Assembly (NCBI GenBank): GCA_903841185.1
Contig: CAIMIV010000070.1
Coordinates: forward strand, 2,984-66,983
Source: an uncultured bacterium
Lineage (GTDB): Bacteria; Patescibacteriota; Minisyncoccia; Moranbacterales; UBA2206
Direction of reading: 5' to 3'
Length of the DNA stretch: 64,000 nt
In this document: in pieces, positions 1 through 10,120 of the stretch
Numbering within the stretch: position 1 is the stretch's first letter
Layout of the letters: every line of letters begins with the position of its first letter
Made by a program: the position numbers and the translations under genes
Notes under the pieces: model-generated
What the model was told of the DNA's origin: nothing
Seen by the model: only the letters and a program-made list of their open reading frames with translations
Databases searched by the model: none

Positions 1-59
1 CACACTTCCCGCGCCAAGGGAATTCTCACTCTCTTCATCCGCTTTATCAGGTGTTCCAA

Positions 60-704
60 TTAATTTTCTTCCCCATGAAACAAGGCAAAATCACTGGCAA
101 ATAATTTTTGCGCAATATGAAAGATGCCATAGGTAATGAAAAAAGCCGAGAAGACATCAATAGAGTAATGCAGGTGCCCCAAGATCACACTCACCCCGAA
201 GAAAATAGAAGCCCCGATAGATGCCCAGCGGATTTGTTTATTCTGCCAAAAAATGAGCGCGATGAGAAAAGGCAAGCCGGTATGCCCCGAAAAAAAATAG
301 TCGCCGCCAAAATTCAAGGAATAGAGCAAGTCGGTCGGGTCCAAATAGGAACGCTCCGGAAAGGGACCCAAATGCGTCATAGTGACAAAAAGAGATCGCG
401 TGATATAGAAAATAGCGATGCTTTTTAGGGTAAAGGGAATTTTTTTGGGATCGAGAAAAAGCATAAAAACCACAAAAGAAACAAACAAAATTATCCCCTC
501 ATTGACAATAAAATCCACATTAAAGACCGGCAAATTGCTAAGCAAAATGTCATTCACGGCATTACTAGCCATGCCGGTGGCATAGATGCTAGTGAAATGA
601 TTCAGGAGCACGCTGGCGGCCAAGAACAAGAAACTGGTAGCGACAGAAATTAAAAAATTCTTACTGCACCATAAATTTTTGTGTCGTGTAAAGAGACGGT
701 TCAT
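60..704 (-). CDS. PAP2-superfamily membrane phosphatase
   Basis: 214 aa, multi-TM. PAP2 motifs SGHTG and HLHYSIDV in the C-terminal half. Confidence 0.55.
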   Translation of the reverse strand: MNRLFTRHKNLWCSKNFLISVATSFLFLAASVLLNHFTSIYATGMASNAVNDILLSNLPVFNVDFIVNEGIILFVSFVVFMLFLDPKKIPFTLKSIAIFYITRSLFVTMTHLGPFPERSYLDPTDLLYSLNFGGDYFFSGHTGLPFLIALIFWQNKQIRWASIGASIFFGVSVILGHLHYSIDVFSAFFITYGIFHIAQKLFASDFALFHGEEN

Positions 705-712
705 AATTTTTA

Positions 713-1453
713 TTAGAGATTTCTTATATCTTTATATTCCCGGGTAAAAGGTTTTTTGAAAAGGATAATCCAAAAGTGATTGATGATATAGCGCAAGCCG
801 GTCAGGCAAATGCCTTCCCCCCGAAAACGCCGACTAGAGGTGTGCATTTTCAAACTAAACATAAATTTTACCCGACCGACTCGCTGAATACGCCTGGCAA
901 TGTCCGTATCCTCCCCATAAAAAGCAATGGAGGTATCATAACCACCCACTTTTTCGAGGGCGGATCTGCGCAAAATAAAATTTCCGCCTTGCAGCATAGC
1001 TCCCACTTTAAAAAAATGATGGTTGATGATATGCCCGATAAAGCCAATGCCATAATAAATGTAGTTGATGAAATTGGTCAGTTGCGGCATTTCCGGATAG
1101 ACATACGGACCGCTCAGTGCTACCAGATTGGGATTCTTGGAAAATTCCACGAAAACTTTTTCTATCCAGCCGGAGGGAAGAGTAGAATCCGCATCCACGT
1201 TGGCAATGATATCGCCACTCGAGGCCAGATAACCGCTATGCCGTGCTTGGGAAAGTCCTTTCTTGGGCTCATAGACCAGTTTCGCTTCCGGAAAAGATTT
1301 CGCAACTGCACTTGTCTTGTCCGTACTGGCATTGTCCACCACAACCACCTCGATAGCATACGGCGTTTTTTTGATTTCATAAAAAACTGCCTCCAGGCAT
1401 TTTCCCAAATAATTCTCTTCGTTGTAGGCTGGAATAACGATGCTTAGTTTCAT
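713..1453 (-). CDS. Family 2 glycosyltransferase
   Basis: N-terminus LSIVIPAYNEE..VVVVDNASTDKT is a typical GT-A/GT2 signature. 246 aa. Confidence 0.8.
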   Translation of the reverse strand: MKLSIVIPAYNEENYLGKCLEAVFYEIKKTPYAIEVVVVDNASTDKTSAVAKSFPEAKLVYEPKKGLSQARHSGYLASSGDIIANVDADSTLPSGWIEKVFVEFSKNPNLVALSGPYVYPEMPQLTNFINYIYYGIGFIGHIINHHFFKVGAMLQGGNFILRRSALEKVGGYDTSIAFYGEDTDIARRIQRVGRVKFMFSLKMHTSSRRFRGEGICLTGLRYIINHFWIILFKKPFTREYKDIRNL

Positions 1454-1466
1454 ATAATTAAAAAAA

Positions 1467-2660
1467 TTATTTGCTTTTACATTCCAGTTGCACTTCTTTA
1501 TACAACTGATTCCATTCTGCGGCTATCTTGGCTGGAGAATATCCTTGCACCATGGCAATCCCCCGCGCTCCCAATTCCTTTCTTTTTTCCGGATTTTCAA
1601 ACAAGAACAGAATTTTTTCTGCAATGCCCTGATAATCTCCGGGCTCCAAAATAAAACCATTTTCTTTTTTGATATATTCCGGCAAGGCTCGGGCATTGAC
1701 ACCGATAGCCGGAATGCCCGCCGCCATAGCTTTCATCAGGCTGAGACTTTGCGTTTCTGCGGTGCTGGCGATAGCGAAAACATCCGCCGCTTTATAGATC
1801 TTGGCATGGTCTTCCACAGACAGGGTGCCGAAAAATTTCACCATGCCGCCCAGTTGCAATTCTTCCGCCAACTGCTTCAAAGATGCCTCGGCGTCCCCAT
1901 GACCGGTGATGGCAAAAGTAATCTGAGGAATTTTGTCCTTCAGCAAACCCACCGCTCTGATCAAAACGTCGATATGTTTTTCCACGGCCAATCTGCCGGT
2001 ATACAAAACGGTAAACTCTGATAGTTCAAATTCCTTTTTATGCTCTATTCTCACTTCCTCCGAAACTGGAAAAAAATTCTGCAAATCCACCGGATTAGAA
2101 ATAACTCGGCAGGACTTGTTGAATCCATGCTGTTGCATCTCGTCCAGGATACCCTGTGAAGGAGCAGTAATTTGCTCACATTTATTATAATACCAGGAAA
2201 CAAAACCCAAGCCCAGCTTGTCTAATAATTTTCCACTAACCGGCCCGTATTGCAAAAATTCCGTAATGGGAGTGTGGTTGGTTCCCACTAAAGGCACTTT
2301 CAAAAATTTGCTCGCCGCCAACGCTTCCATTCCCGCACCGAAGAATAGGTGGGTATGAATAATATCCGGCTTATTTTTCCTCATCCCTATCCATCTCAAG
2401 AAAGTCGGGATGACCATGCGACCTTGCTGGGTGGGGGCGGGAAATTTCAGCGATGGGATGCGATGAATCGTCACATTCCTTCCTAAATCTATCTCCTCAT
2501 ATGGGACATTATAGAGCGCAAAATCTCGGGGGGTATATTTAGGCACATAAAAATCCACGTCATGACCCAGGCCTCCCAGCTCTCTGGCAGATTCAAGCAA
2601 GGAGTCGGTGATGCCACTTAGTTCCGGATAAAAATTGTCGGCAAACATGGCTATTCTCAT
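1467..2660 (-). CDS. Family 4 glycosyltransferase (GT-B fold)
   Basis: 397 aa. C-terminal EX7E-like region (TGRLAVEKHIDVLIRA) typical of GT4 retaining transferases. Confidence 0.8.
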   Translation of the reverse strand: MRIAMFADNFYPELSGITDSLLESARELGGLGHDVDFYVPKYTPRDFALYNVPYEEIDLGRNVTIHRIPSLKFPAPTQQGRMVIPTFLRWIGMRKNKPDIIHTHLFFGAGMEALAASKFLKVPLVGTNHTPITEFLQYGPVSGKLLDKLGLGFVSWYYNKCEQITAPSQGILDEMQQHGFNKSCRVISNPVDLQNFFPVSEEVRIEHKKEFELSEFTVLYTGRLAVEKHIDVLIRAVGLLKDKIPQITFAITGHGDAEASLKQLAEELQLGGMVKFFGTLSVEDHAKIYKAADVFAIASTAETQSLSLMKAMAAGIPAIGVNARALPEYIKKENGFILEPGDYQGIAEKILFLFENPEKRKELGARGIAMVQGYSPAKIAAEWNQLYKEVQLECKSK

Positions 2661-2682
2661 AGAATTGGTTTTATTATTCTTT

Positions 2683-3291
2683 TTATAATTTTTCTATCTT
2701 ACTGGCGATAAGGACGGATGCTTTCTTATATCCAAAATACAAACCAGCGATTACTAAGACCGTTAAGGGGAAAAATATTTCGGCGTAATGCACATACTGG
2801 TCAATGTTATATAGCCGGCCGAAAAAATAACCGATTACCAAAAATATGATTGACTTTGGAATCGTAACCAGCGCCGAAAACTTCGTGAACTTCATAAATG
2901 ACAGTTTCAAATATCCTACTAACATAAACCCGAAGGTCGGGATAACTGGCGTCAACTTGAGAGCCACCATCGTTTTTCCAAAATGTGCTTTCAGCTTTTT
3001 TTCAAGACCGTCAATTCTGGCTTGCGTTAGACCTAGGCGAAAGCCGAATTTTTCGACAATGGAAAAGCGACCACTATACCCAATAAAATAATAGATTGAA
3101 TCCGGGATGAGATCCCCCAAAACCGAGATGATCAGAACCACCCAAGGATCGAAGTATCCCAAAGCAGCCGCAAATCCGGCGGCGGCGGTTGTTATTGGCC
3201 CTTCCACGCACATGATTAAAAAAACCAAGAAATAGCCGTGCGCTATTACCCAAGTAAATACCTGTTGGAAATTAGTGAAATCTAGCATCAT
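2683..3291 (-). CDS. DedA/SNARE-associated (TVP38/TMEM64) family membrane protein
   Basis: 202 aa, multiple TM segments. Conserved glycine-rich re-entrant loop region. Confidence 0.6.
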   Translation of the reverse strand: MMLDFTNFQQVFTWVIAHGYFLVFLIMCVEGPITTAAAGFAAALGYFDPWVVLIISVLGDLIPDSIYYFIGYSGRFSIVEKFGFRLGLTQARIDGLEKKLKAHFGKTMVALKLTPVIPTFGFMLVGYLKLSFMKFTKFSALVTIPKSIIFLVIGYFFGRLYNIDQYVHYAEIFFPLTVLVIAGLYFGYKKASVLIASKIEKL

Positions 3292-3356
3292 AAAACAAAA
3301 TTAACTTGACTCTATGATAGTCTTTTTTGCGATCTATGTCCATCGTGTTACACAAC

Positions 3357-4676
3357 TTATAAACTGGCAGCATAGGTCCCTGCGGCGTAACCGGTGCTCC
3401 AGCACACTTGCAGATTATACCCGCCGGTCGGTCCGTCCAAGTTCAAAATTTCTCCAGCCAGAAAAAGATTGCTCACTAAGCGCGATTGCATGGTTTTGGA
3501 ATCCACTTCCCGCAAGTCCACTCCGCCACTAGTGACAATGGCTTGGCCATAGCCGGTCGTGCCGTCCGCAGTGAGGCGCAAATCTTTGAGCAAATCCACT
3601 AACTTCTTACGTTCCTCCTTGCTGACAAAATTTATTTTCTTGCGCGGGTCAATGCCCGATAAAGTGGCTACTGACGTCACTAGTTTTTGCGGCAACAGCT
3701 CCGGTAAATAATTAATAAAATCTTTATTACTATTCTCTTTGAAATCTCGTTGCAAGCGCGCGTCTAGTTGGTCGTGGTCGAGCGCCGGTTTGAGATCCAG
3801 GGAGATAATCACTTCGCCTTGCGTCATCAGCTCGCCCACTTTTTTACTGATATCCAAGACAATGGGACCGGTCAATCCAAAATGAGTAAACATCATTTCA
3901 CCAAAGCGGGAATCTTGCTTCTTATTATTTTGCAATAAAGTAATGGTGACGTTCTTCAAACTCAAGCCTTGCACATCTTTGACCCATACTTCTTTGGTTT
4001 TCACCGGCACCAAAGCGGGCGCCGTCTCAATTATAGTGTGTCCGCAATCTTTGGCCCATTGATAACCATCCCCGGTCGAACCGGTGGTAGGATAGGATTT
4101 TCCGCCGGTACACAAAATAAATTTGTCGCCATAGATTCTCCGCTCCGGAAGCAAAGCCTTTTTTTCCTCCGATAGATAGCCTTTTTCGCCCAGTTTCACA
4201 CTGGCAATCTTCTTGCCTGACACCAACCTAGTCACTTCCAAATTCTCCACCGGCGCGTCATAGATAATAGCTACTTTATTTTTTTCCAGATAGCGGCGGA
4301 GCACCTGCAACACATCCTGCGCTTCATCCGACACCGGAAAAACCCGTCCCCCTCTTTCCACCTTGGTGGCCACTTGCCGCTCTTCAAAAAATCGAATCAC
4401 CTCTTCCGGCCCAAAAGCCGCTAAGGAAGAAAAAAGAAATTTTCCCTGCTTGCCGAATTTTTTAATAATTTCCTTGTCGTCAAATTCCGCCTGGGTAATA
4501 TTGCATCTTCCTTTGCCGGTAATGAGCAGTTTCTTGCCGAGAGTGGCATTTTTTTCCAAGAGCACCACGCGCGCACCCAATTCTGCCGCCCGTCCAGCCG
4601 CGATCATTCCGGTCGGACCGCCGCCAATCACCACTACGTCATATTTATCCTTGTTATTTTCTGAAGCTAAATTCAT
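3357..4676 (-). CDS. HI0933/BaiN-family FAD-dependent flavoprotein (aminoacetone-oxidase-like)
   Basis: N-terminal dinucleotide motif YDVVVIGGGPTGMIAAGRAAELGARVVLLEKN. 439 aa. Confidence 0.8.
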   Translation of the reverse strand: MNLASENNKDKYDVVVIGGGPTGMIAAGRAAELGARVVLLEKNATLGKKLLITGKGRCNITQAEFDDKEIIKKFGKQGKFLFSSLAAFGPEEVIRFFEERQVATKVERGGRVFPVSDEAQDVLQVLRRYLEKNKVAIIYDAPVENLEVTRLVSGKKIASVKLGEKGYLSEEKKALLPERRIYGDKFILCTGGKSYPTTGSTGDGYQWAKDCGHTIIETAPALVPVKTKEVWVKDVQGLSLKNVTITLLQNNKKQDSRFGEMMFTHFGLTGPIVLDISKKVGELMTQGEVIISLDLKPALDHDQLDARLQRDFKENSNKDFINYLPELLPQKLVTSVATLSGIDPRKKINFVSKEERKKLVDLLKDLRLTADGTTGYGQAIVTSGGVDLREVDSKTMQSRLVSNLFLAGEILNLDGPTGGYNLQVCWSTGYAAGTYAASL

Positions 4677-4902
4677 TTTTATCTTATACTTATTATTTTT
4701 TATTCATTAGACCTCTTGTACAATAACTCACTACTGCAATTTCCATATTTTGGTCAAATTTTCCAAAAATTTTCTTGGCTTAGCTACGGCTAAACCGCAA
4801 AAATTATTTGAAAAATTATCCCTCAAAATCTGAAAATTTCGTTACGCAACTTATTATACAATAGGTCTCTCACTCTAGCACAGGTCTGTTCAAAAATCAA
4901 AC

Positions 4903-4932
4903 AAAAAAGCCTCGCTTGCGCAAGGCTTTTTT
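4903..4932 (-). terminator. Intrinsic terminator downstream of csp (bidirectional hairpin)
   Basis: A-run, GCCTCGC..GCAAGGC stem, then T-run immediately after the csp stop. Confidence 0.6.
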
Positions 4933-4939
4933 AGGTTGA

Positions 4940-5140
4940 CTAGATTCTTGATACGTTTACAGCGTTTTGTCCTTTCGGGCTTTCGCTGATATCGAATTGA
5001 ACGTTGTCGCCTTCTTTCAGGTCATTGAATTGCACGTCTTGCAATTCTTTTGCATGGAAGAAAAGATCCTTATCACTGCCTTCGATAGCAATGAATCCAA
5101 ATCCACGATCGGTCAATCTTTTGATTGTTCCTTGTGCCAT
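4940..5140 (-). CDS. csp: Cold-shock protein (CspA family)
   Basis: MAQGTIKRLTDRGFGFI..GQNAVNV with RNP1 motif. Start taken at the internal Met of the ORF. Long AT-rich 5-prime UTR typical of csp genes. Confidence 0.85.
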   Translation of the reverse strand: MAQGTIKRLTDRGFGFIAIEGSDKDLFFHAKELQDVQFNDLKEGDNVQFDISESPKGQNAVNVSRI

Positions 5141-5274
5141 TTTGATATAGTACAAATTAATTAAATACACATACCGCCATGCAAAGAAAGTTCGACTACG
5201 CTACTGCTGCACGCTACTGTGATATATTTAGTGTAGCATACTCCCTATATTTTGTAAAGGGGGTCATTTTCCCC

Positions 5275-6726
5275 CTACTTTTCCAGGTCCAAAACCTCAT
5301 CGATATGCACCTGTTCTACGAATTCCCGTACGTGACTGACCAGAATCATCGCCCCTTGGTATTGGTCCAAAGCCTTGGCAATCACCGGCAAATGGCGGAA
5401 ATTGATGTGGTTGGTGGGTTCATCTAGAATAAGCAATCCTGGTTCCAGCAAGGCCAACTGCGCAAAAGCCACTAAACCCTTTTGACCTTCCGAGAGGGTG
5501 CCGATTTTGGCATTAATGGTTTCCTTGGTTAGCAAAAAGCCGGAGGCCACGCTGCGCATATGCTCTTCATCCTCCGATCGCATTGCGGAAAATAGCGCTT
5601 CCCGGACAGTATCCTCGAAATTCAAAGTAGAAAAATCTTGCCGATAATACCCCACGCGCACGCCTTCGGCAATCTGTGCCCCCTTAGCTTTCCCTAGCGC
5701 CAAAGATTCAATCAGAGTGCTCTTGCCGATGCCATTAGGTCCCTCAATCAAGAGATGCTGTTTTTTCTTCAAGGAAATATTAGCTTCTTTTTCTACCACC
5801 TCATGGTTGTGCATCACAGAAAAAGAAGAGATCTGCAAAATTTCTCCGGTCAAATCAGCTTGAGCGGGAATGGTGAAAGCGCGAATGGCTTTGTCTTCTT
5901 TGCGCACAGCTACTTTGGAATCTTCCATTTCTTGGGCTTTGTCGCGCATCTTTTTGGCCACTAACCGCATGCCACCACCTTTATTGGCGAAGAAATTCGC
6001 TTTATCTTTATTGGCTTGGATTTCTTTTTCATATTGGGCATTTTTACGCTCATCCTTTTCAATGCGCGTGGCGATTTCTGCCACCACCACATAGTAGTCG
6101 CCAATGTATTGATCTACTTCGCGCGTAAACACATCCAAATATAAAACTCCGTCCGTAAACATATTCAAGAAATCCGCATCATGGGAAATCACAATACACG
6201 TCTTAGGATAGCTCATGAGAAATTGCGTCAGATGCTCGATACCAGCTTTGTCCAAATTATTAGTCGGCTCATCCAGAATCAACATGTCCGGATCTTGGAT
6301 TAAAGCCGAAGCCAACAGCAGTCGCGCTTGTTGCCCGCCGGAGAAATCATTAATCAATCTGTCATGCGGTGCTTTCAAATTCACCACCTCCAACACGTCG
6401 TCAATCAGGCGATCAATGTCATATTTCTTTTCCGTAAAACAAGACTCAAAAAATTCCCGCAGCGTCAAAGTCATTTGTTCGCGCGGAATCACCTGCTTGG
6501 CATAGGCAATCGTCAAGTCCGGATCAACAAAAATTGATCCATCATCCGCCTTGAGTTCCCCGGTGATGAGATTAAGAATGGTGCTCTTCCCCGCCCCGTT
6601 TTGCCCCATCAAGGTGATTTTTGTTCCTTGACGCAAAGCAAAAGAAGCCTCATCTAAAATAGGCTTGCCATAGCCATATTCAAAGGAGACTTTATTAAAG
6701 CGTACTGCTACATTGTCTTTAGTCAT
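5275..6726 (-). CDS. ABC-F family ATPase (two tandem ABC domains, no TMD)
   Basis: Two Walker A motifs (GQNGAGKST, GPNGIGKST), two LSGGQ-like signatures and an inter-domain linker. 483 aa. Confidence 0.8.
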   Translation of the reverse strand: MTKDNVAVRFNKVSFEYGYGKPILDEASFALRQGTKITLMGQNGAGKSTILNLITGELKADDGSIFVDPDLTIAYAKQVIPREQMTLTLREFFESCFTEKKYDIDRLIDDVLEVVNLKAPHDRLINDFSGGQQARLLLASALIQDPDMLILDEPTNNLDKAGIEHLTQFLMSYPKTCIVISHDADFLNMFTDGVLYLDVFTREVDQYIGDYYVVVAEIATRIEKDERKNAQYEKEIQANKDKANFFANKGGGMRLVAKKMRDKAQEMEDSKVAVRKEDKAIRAFTIPAQADLTGEILQISSFSVMHNHEVVEKEANISLKKKQHLLIEGPNGIGKSTLIESLALGKAKGAQIAEGVRVGYYRQDFSTLNFEDTVREALFSAMRSEDEEHMRSVASGFLLTKETINAKIGTLSEGQKGLVAFAQLALLEPGLLILDEPTNHINFRHLPVIAKALDQYQGAMILVSHVREFVEQVHIDEVLDLEK

Positions 6727-6869
6727 AATTGGTATAATTTTATAAAATAATCGTGAGTTTATATTATACCTTGTATTTTAAATATTGTGAAGAGCTGGTG
6801 CAAATAACTTTTTTGCCTGGTTTTTTTTGCTTCAAGCTAGGCTTTATTCTCGCCGTCGTGTATTTTCTC

Positions 6870-6898
6870 TTGACAAAAATGGAAATATATGCTAGGCT
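6870..6898 (+). promoter_or_regulatory. Candidate sigma70-like promoter of the surface-protein gene
   Basis: TTGACA, 17 bp spacer, then TGcTAGGCT (extended -10-like), about 50 nt upstream of the ATG at 6948. Confidence 0.3.
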
Positions 6899-6947
6899 AT
6901 CCAGTTATCTTAAATTAATTAAGAATAATTTATCTAAGCAAAAAACT

Positions 6948-8261
6948 ATGAAAAAACTACTCTTACTCGCCGCACTACTTATTAGTGCCGGTTTACTAGC
7001 CATCACCGCTCCTAAGGCACAAGCTGCCACGACCGTAACCTTTGGCTCTAGCGCGAAAATGTTTGCCCCTAATTGTTTTTGCAAAGCAGATGTTGTGCCC
7101 TACCACCTAGCCACTTATTGTGGAGCTAAAGATAGTTGCAATGGAGAAACCGGCACTCAAACAGCCAACGTGGCTGCAGGAAATTATACAGTCAAAGTAA
7201 GTGTCGGCAGCCTAACCAATTCCCAAAAATATGAGGTGGTGATCGTCACTGTCAATGGCAAGGACTATACTATTCCAGATTTAGGCGGAAATGCTGATTC
7301 AACCGGAACAGCAACGTATGACCTGGGAACTCTGAATCTATCAGGCAATGTCAGTTTTAAAGTACGCCACAAATATGCTAACATTTTCACCGGTAAATGG
7401 TATGCGGACGACGCTAGCAAGATTGGTTCCGGTAATGCCATGGAAAGTATCATCATTAATTCTATTCTTTTAGATAAATTAGCGGACGTAACACCTGTCA
7501 ACGGCACTTGTGGCAACCGAAGTGCTACTTATCCGGCAGCGACTACTGATTGGCTCGCCAATTCGAAATTCTGTAATGCTGGCTCAGTTTCACCTGCCAA
7601 TCCTGTCTTTCCTGCTCAGGGAGCCACTACTCACTGGACTTGTGTGGGAACTAACGGAGGGTCAACGGCTACTTGCCAAGCGGCGCGCGGAACAGTGACA
7701 CCAACACCGACCCCCACACCGACTCCAACTCCAACGCCTACGCCAACTCCAACTCCAACTCCAACCCCAACCCCTACTCCTACACCCACTCCCACACCAA
7801 CTCATGAAGATGAACATAAGTGTAAAGGAGAAATTGGTAACTATGTTTGGTTGGATTCTAATGGTGATGGCGTGCAAGATGATAGTGAAAAAGGCATCAG
7901 CGGTGTGCACATAAAATTGACCTTCGGTGACACTACGTACACCACTACCACCAGTGACAAGGGACGTTATTCCTTCGAGCATCTGTGTGCTGATGACTAT
8001 GTAGTAAACATCAAAGACAAAGATGTGGCTGACCTGATCCAAACCTATGATCCTGATGACACGAAAAACAACAAAACGGATGTTACCCTAGACAATGACC
8101 ATGATTCCCATATGAAAGCTGACTTCGGCTATAAAGGAAAACGCATAGCCCCCGCTACCGGCAGTGGCGACCTGGCGATTTATATCTCTGCCCTTCTGGC
8201 ACTTATCGCCCTGCTGACCTACACCCGAGTAAGAGCGAAAAGATTAGCTGTTCAAGAATAA
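6948..8261 (+). CDS. Secreted surface protein: signal peptide, Thr-Pro linker, Cna-B/SdrD-B-like domain, C-terminal sorting signal
   Basis: Start at the internal Met (MKKLLLLAALLISAG..AQA signal peptide). C-terminus reads IAPATG, then a hydrophobic helix, then RVRAKR, the layout of a cell-wall sorting signal. The GNYVWLDSNGDGVQDD..GRYSF segment resembles Cna-B folds. Confidence 0.7.
   Translation: MKKLLLLAALLISAGLLAITAPKAQAATTVTFGSSAKMFAPNCFCKADVVPYHLATYCGAKDSCNGETGTQTANVAAGNYTVKVSVGSLTNSQKYEVVIVTVNGKDYTIPDLGGNADSTGTATYDLGTLNLSGNVSFKVRHKYANIFTGKWYADDASKIGSGNAMESIIINSILLDKLADVTPVNGTCGNRSATYPAATTDWLANSKFCNAGSVSPANPVFPAQGATTHWTCVGTNGGSTATCQAARGTVTPTPTPTPTPTPTPTPTPTPTPTPTPTPTPTPTPTHEDEHKCKGEIGNYVWLDSNGDGVQDDSEKGISGVHIKLTFGDTTYTTTTSDKGRYSFEHLCADDYVVNIKDKDVADLIQTYDPDDTKNNKTDVTLDNDHDSHMKADFGYKGKRIAPATGSGDLAIYISALLALIALLTYTRVRAKRLAVQE
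7697..7803 (+). repeat. (Thr-Pro)n coding microsatellite, about 18 units
   Basis: ACNCCN dipeptide repeats encoding TPTPTP.. The antisense ORF 7662..8042 is an artefact of this repeat. Confidence 0.85.
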
Positions 8262-8299
8262 ACATGCTCTCTTAAAAAAATAAATTTCTTTTGAAATTT

Positions 8300-8353
8300 C
8301 CCTTCCGCATATAACGAGGCTTATTCCAAGTTCAATGGCGGAAGGGATTTTTT
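8300..8353 (+). terminator. Hairpin plus T-run between the surface-protein gene and the sortase gene (possible partial terminator/attenuator)
   Basis: CCCTTCCGC..GCGGAAGGG 9-bp stem with a long loop, then ATTTTTTAT. Confidence 0.3.
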
Positions 8354-8363
8354 ATAAAACATT

Positions 8364-9377
8364 ATGCGCGCTACCATCCTAAAACGTTTCTACATCCTCC
8401 TGGTCTTTCTAGCTATTTTCGCGACTATTTTCTATCTGATCAACTTTGATATCAGCAGTCTCGGAAAACTTATTGGCAGATCGGTCGATCCATCTTCCCA
8501 AGAAACTTATGGCATCCCCAATGCCTGGTTGGAAAAATATGGCATTCAACTGAAACAAGAAGCCGATTTGCAACAAGATGAGGATCATGATGGATTGGTG
8601 CTTGCCGATGAATATAAATATGATACCAATCCTCTAGAAGCGGATACGGACCATGATGGCTACCCGGATGGCGAAGAAGTTAGCAATGGTTACAATCCCA
8701 CCGGAGCAGGAAAAATGGATATGAATAAAGATGGTTTGCCGGATGTATGGGAACAAGCCAATGGATTAAGCTTGAGCATTAATAATTATGCGTTGGATCC
8801 AGACCAAGATGGTTTGCCTAACTATCTGGAGTGGCGCCATGGCACCGACCCTCAAAAGGCGGACACGGACGGCGATGGTTTTGGCGATTCAGATGAAATC
8901 AGACATGGCTATGATCCTAGTGCACCAGGCACAGCCCGACCCAGCTATCAAATCACTCTTGATAAAATCCATGTTCAGGCTCCGCTTATTTGGTCCGTCA
9001 GCACACTGGAAGCTGCCTTGCAAGAAGATCTGAAAAAAGGCGTGGTGCGCTATCCGCAAACGGGCATCCCCGGACAAGCCGGCAATATGGTGGCCACCGG
9101 GCATAGCAGCAATTACATTTGGGTCAGCGGAACCTATAACTACATTTTCAAAGATCTAAATAATCTGCAAGCGGGTGATGAAATCGTAGTGACAGCCCTG
9201 CAGGCTAACGGCAAAATGCTGGAATATAAATATGCTGTCACCACCAAAGAAGTGGTCAGTCCGGATGATCAGCGCATTTTTGAAACAACTCCCAAGCAAA
9301 GTCTGACTATTGCGACGTGTTGGCCGCTCAATACCAATTGGAAAAGATTGATGCTCAAAGCGGAACAAACCAACTAA
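8364..9377 (+). CDS. Sortase-family transpeptidase with N-terminal TM anchor and thrombospondin-type-3-like Ca-binding repeats
   Basis: C-terminal catalytic signature VATGHS..LTIATCWP (TLxTC-like) with Arg downstream. Middle region has repeated DxDxDGxxDxxE motifs (DTDHDGYPDGEE, DPDQDGLPN, DTDGDGFGDSDE). Confidence 0.75.
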   Translation: MRATILKRFYILLVFLAIFATIFYLINFDISSLGKLIGRSVDPSSQETYGIPNAWLEKYGIQLKQEADLQQDEDHDGLVLADEYKYDTNPLEADTDHDGYPDGEEVSNGYNPTGAGKMDMNKDGLPDVWEQANGLSLSINNYALDPDQDGLPNYLEWRHGTDPQKADTDGDGFGDSDEIRHGYDPSAPGTARPSYQITLDKIHVQAPLIWSVSTLEAALQEDLKKGVVRYPQTGIPGQAGNMVATGHSSNYIWVSGTYNYIFKDLNNLQAGDEIVVTALQANGKMLEYKYAVTTKEVVSPDDQRIFETTPKQSLTIATCWPLNTNWKRLMLKAEQTN

Positions 9378-9420
9378 ATAAAAAAAGTCCTTGCATTTTC
9401 AAAGTGCAGGACTTTTTTTA
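9378..9420 (+). terminator. Intrinsic terminator after the sortase gene
   Basis: AGTCCTTGCA..TGCAGGACT stem followed by a T7 run. Confidence 0.65.
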
Positions 9421-9444
9421 AATACTGTTTTCGGTTAGCCAAGT

Positions 9445-10050
9445 TTACTTATTTTTCCAAACATGGTGTGACCAGAAGAAAATCAAGGTAGCTACAATCG
9501 CTCCCAAAGTATCCATCAACATATCCTTTTGCGCATCCCAAATATCGCCCTGAGAACCCAAATAAGCAATGCCGGCTTCCGGATTGGCCAAATCAGCATA
9601 GATCCATTCAATGAGTTCATAGCTCATGGCTACTGTCGCAATGACAAAAATCGGATAAGTGAAAAGCAGAAATTTATTATTCACTAATTTTTTGCTCCAC
9701 AGCCATTCAGCGATGGCAAAGGCGTAGAAACCCACCGAAAAATGCGCCAGGCGATCAAAATGATTACGGGAAAAGCCAAAAAAATCCGTTACCCAAGAAA
9801 AAGGCACTAGGGCAAAGGTATAGTGCCCGCCAATGGTGTGCAAATAGATCAGCACAAACATCAAGGCATAGGCTATTTTGGAAAAACGGATATTTCTCCA
9901 ATATAGAATCACTATCGCACTGAGAATAATCCAAACGGTAATGTTTTCCACAACCCAAGTCGTGCGATCAATCGGGCTGATGGCCAGCGCCACAAAAAGA
10001 ATTGCATAGACGCCCAACAACCCCGCCAAAAATTTTCCAGTTTTTTCCAT
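9445..10050 (-). CDS. DUF2238/YjdF-like integral membrane protein
   Basis: 201 aa, about 6 TM segments. Resembles the YjdF family by recall only. Confidence 0.45.
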   Translation of the reverse strand: MEKTGKFLAGLLGVYAILFVALAISPIDRTTWVVENITVWIILSAIVILYWRNIRFSKIAYALMFVLIYLHTIGGHYTFALVPFSWVTDFFGFSRNHFDRLAHFSVGFYAFAIAEWLWSKKLVNNKFLLFTYPIFVIATVAMSYELIEWIYADLANPEAGIAYLGSQGDIWDAQKDMLMDTLGAIVATLIFFWSHHVWKNK

Positions 10051-10120
10051 GTTTTTTTATTGCATAAATAATTATTACTTTTTTATTATAGCATACTTTT
10101 TTTATTTAAATTTTACAGCA

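Noticed and set aside
4700-4875. Partial inverted repeat AGACCTCTTGTACAATA / TATACAATAGGTCTCT flanking the divergent csp/flavoprotein promoter region
   Set aside because: Arms are imperfect and about 150 nt apart. Insufficient evidence for function.
7697-7803. Short-period repeat array that could be mistaken for CRISPR
   Set aside because: 6-nt period, coding Thr-Pro in frame within a secreted protein. No spacers or cas genes.
7662-8042. 126-aa antisense ORF rich in WSWSW/RRR
   Set aside because: Translation artefact of the antisense strand of the (TP)n coding repeat.
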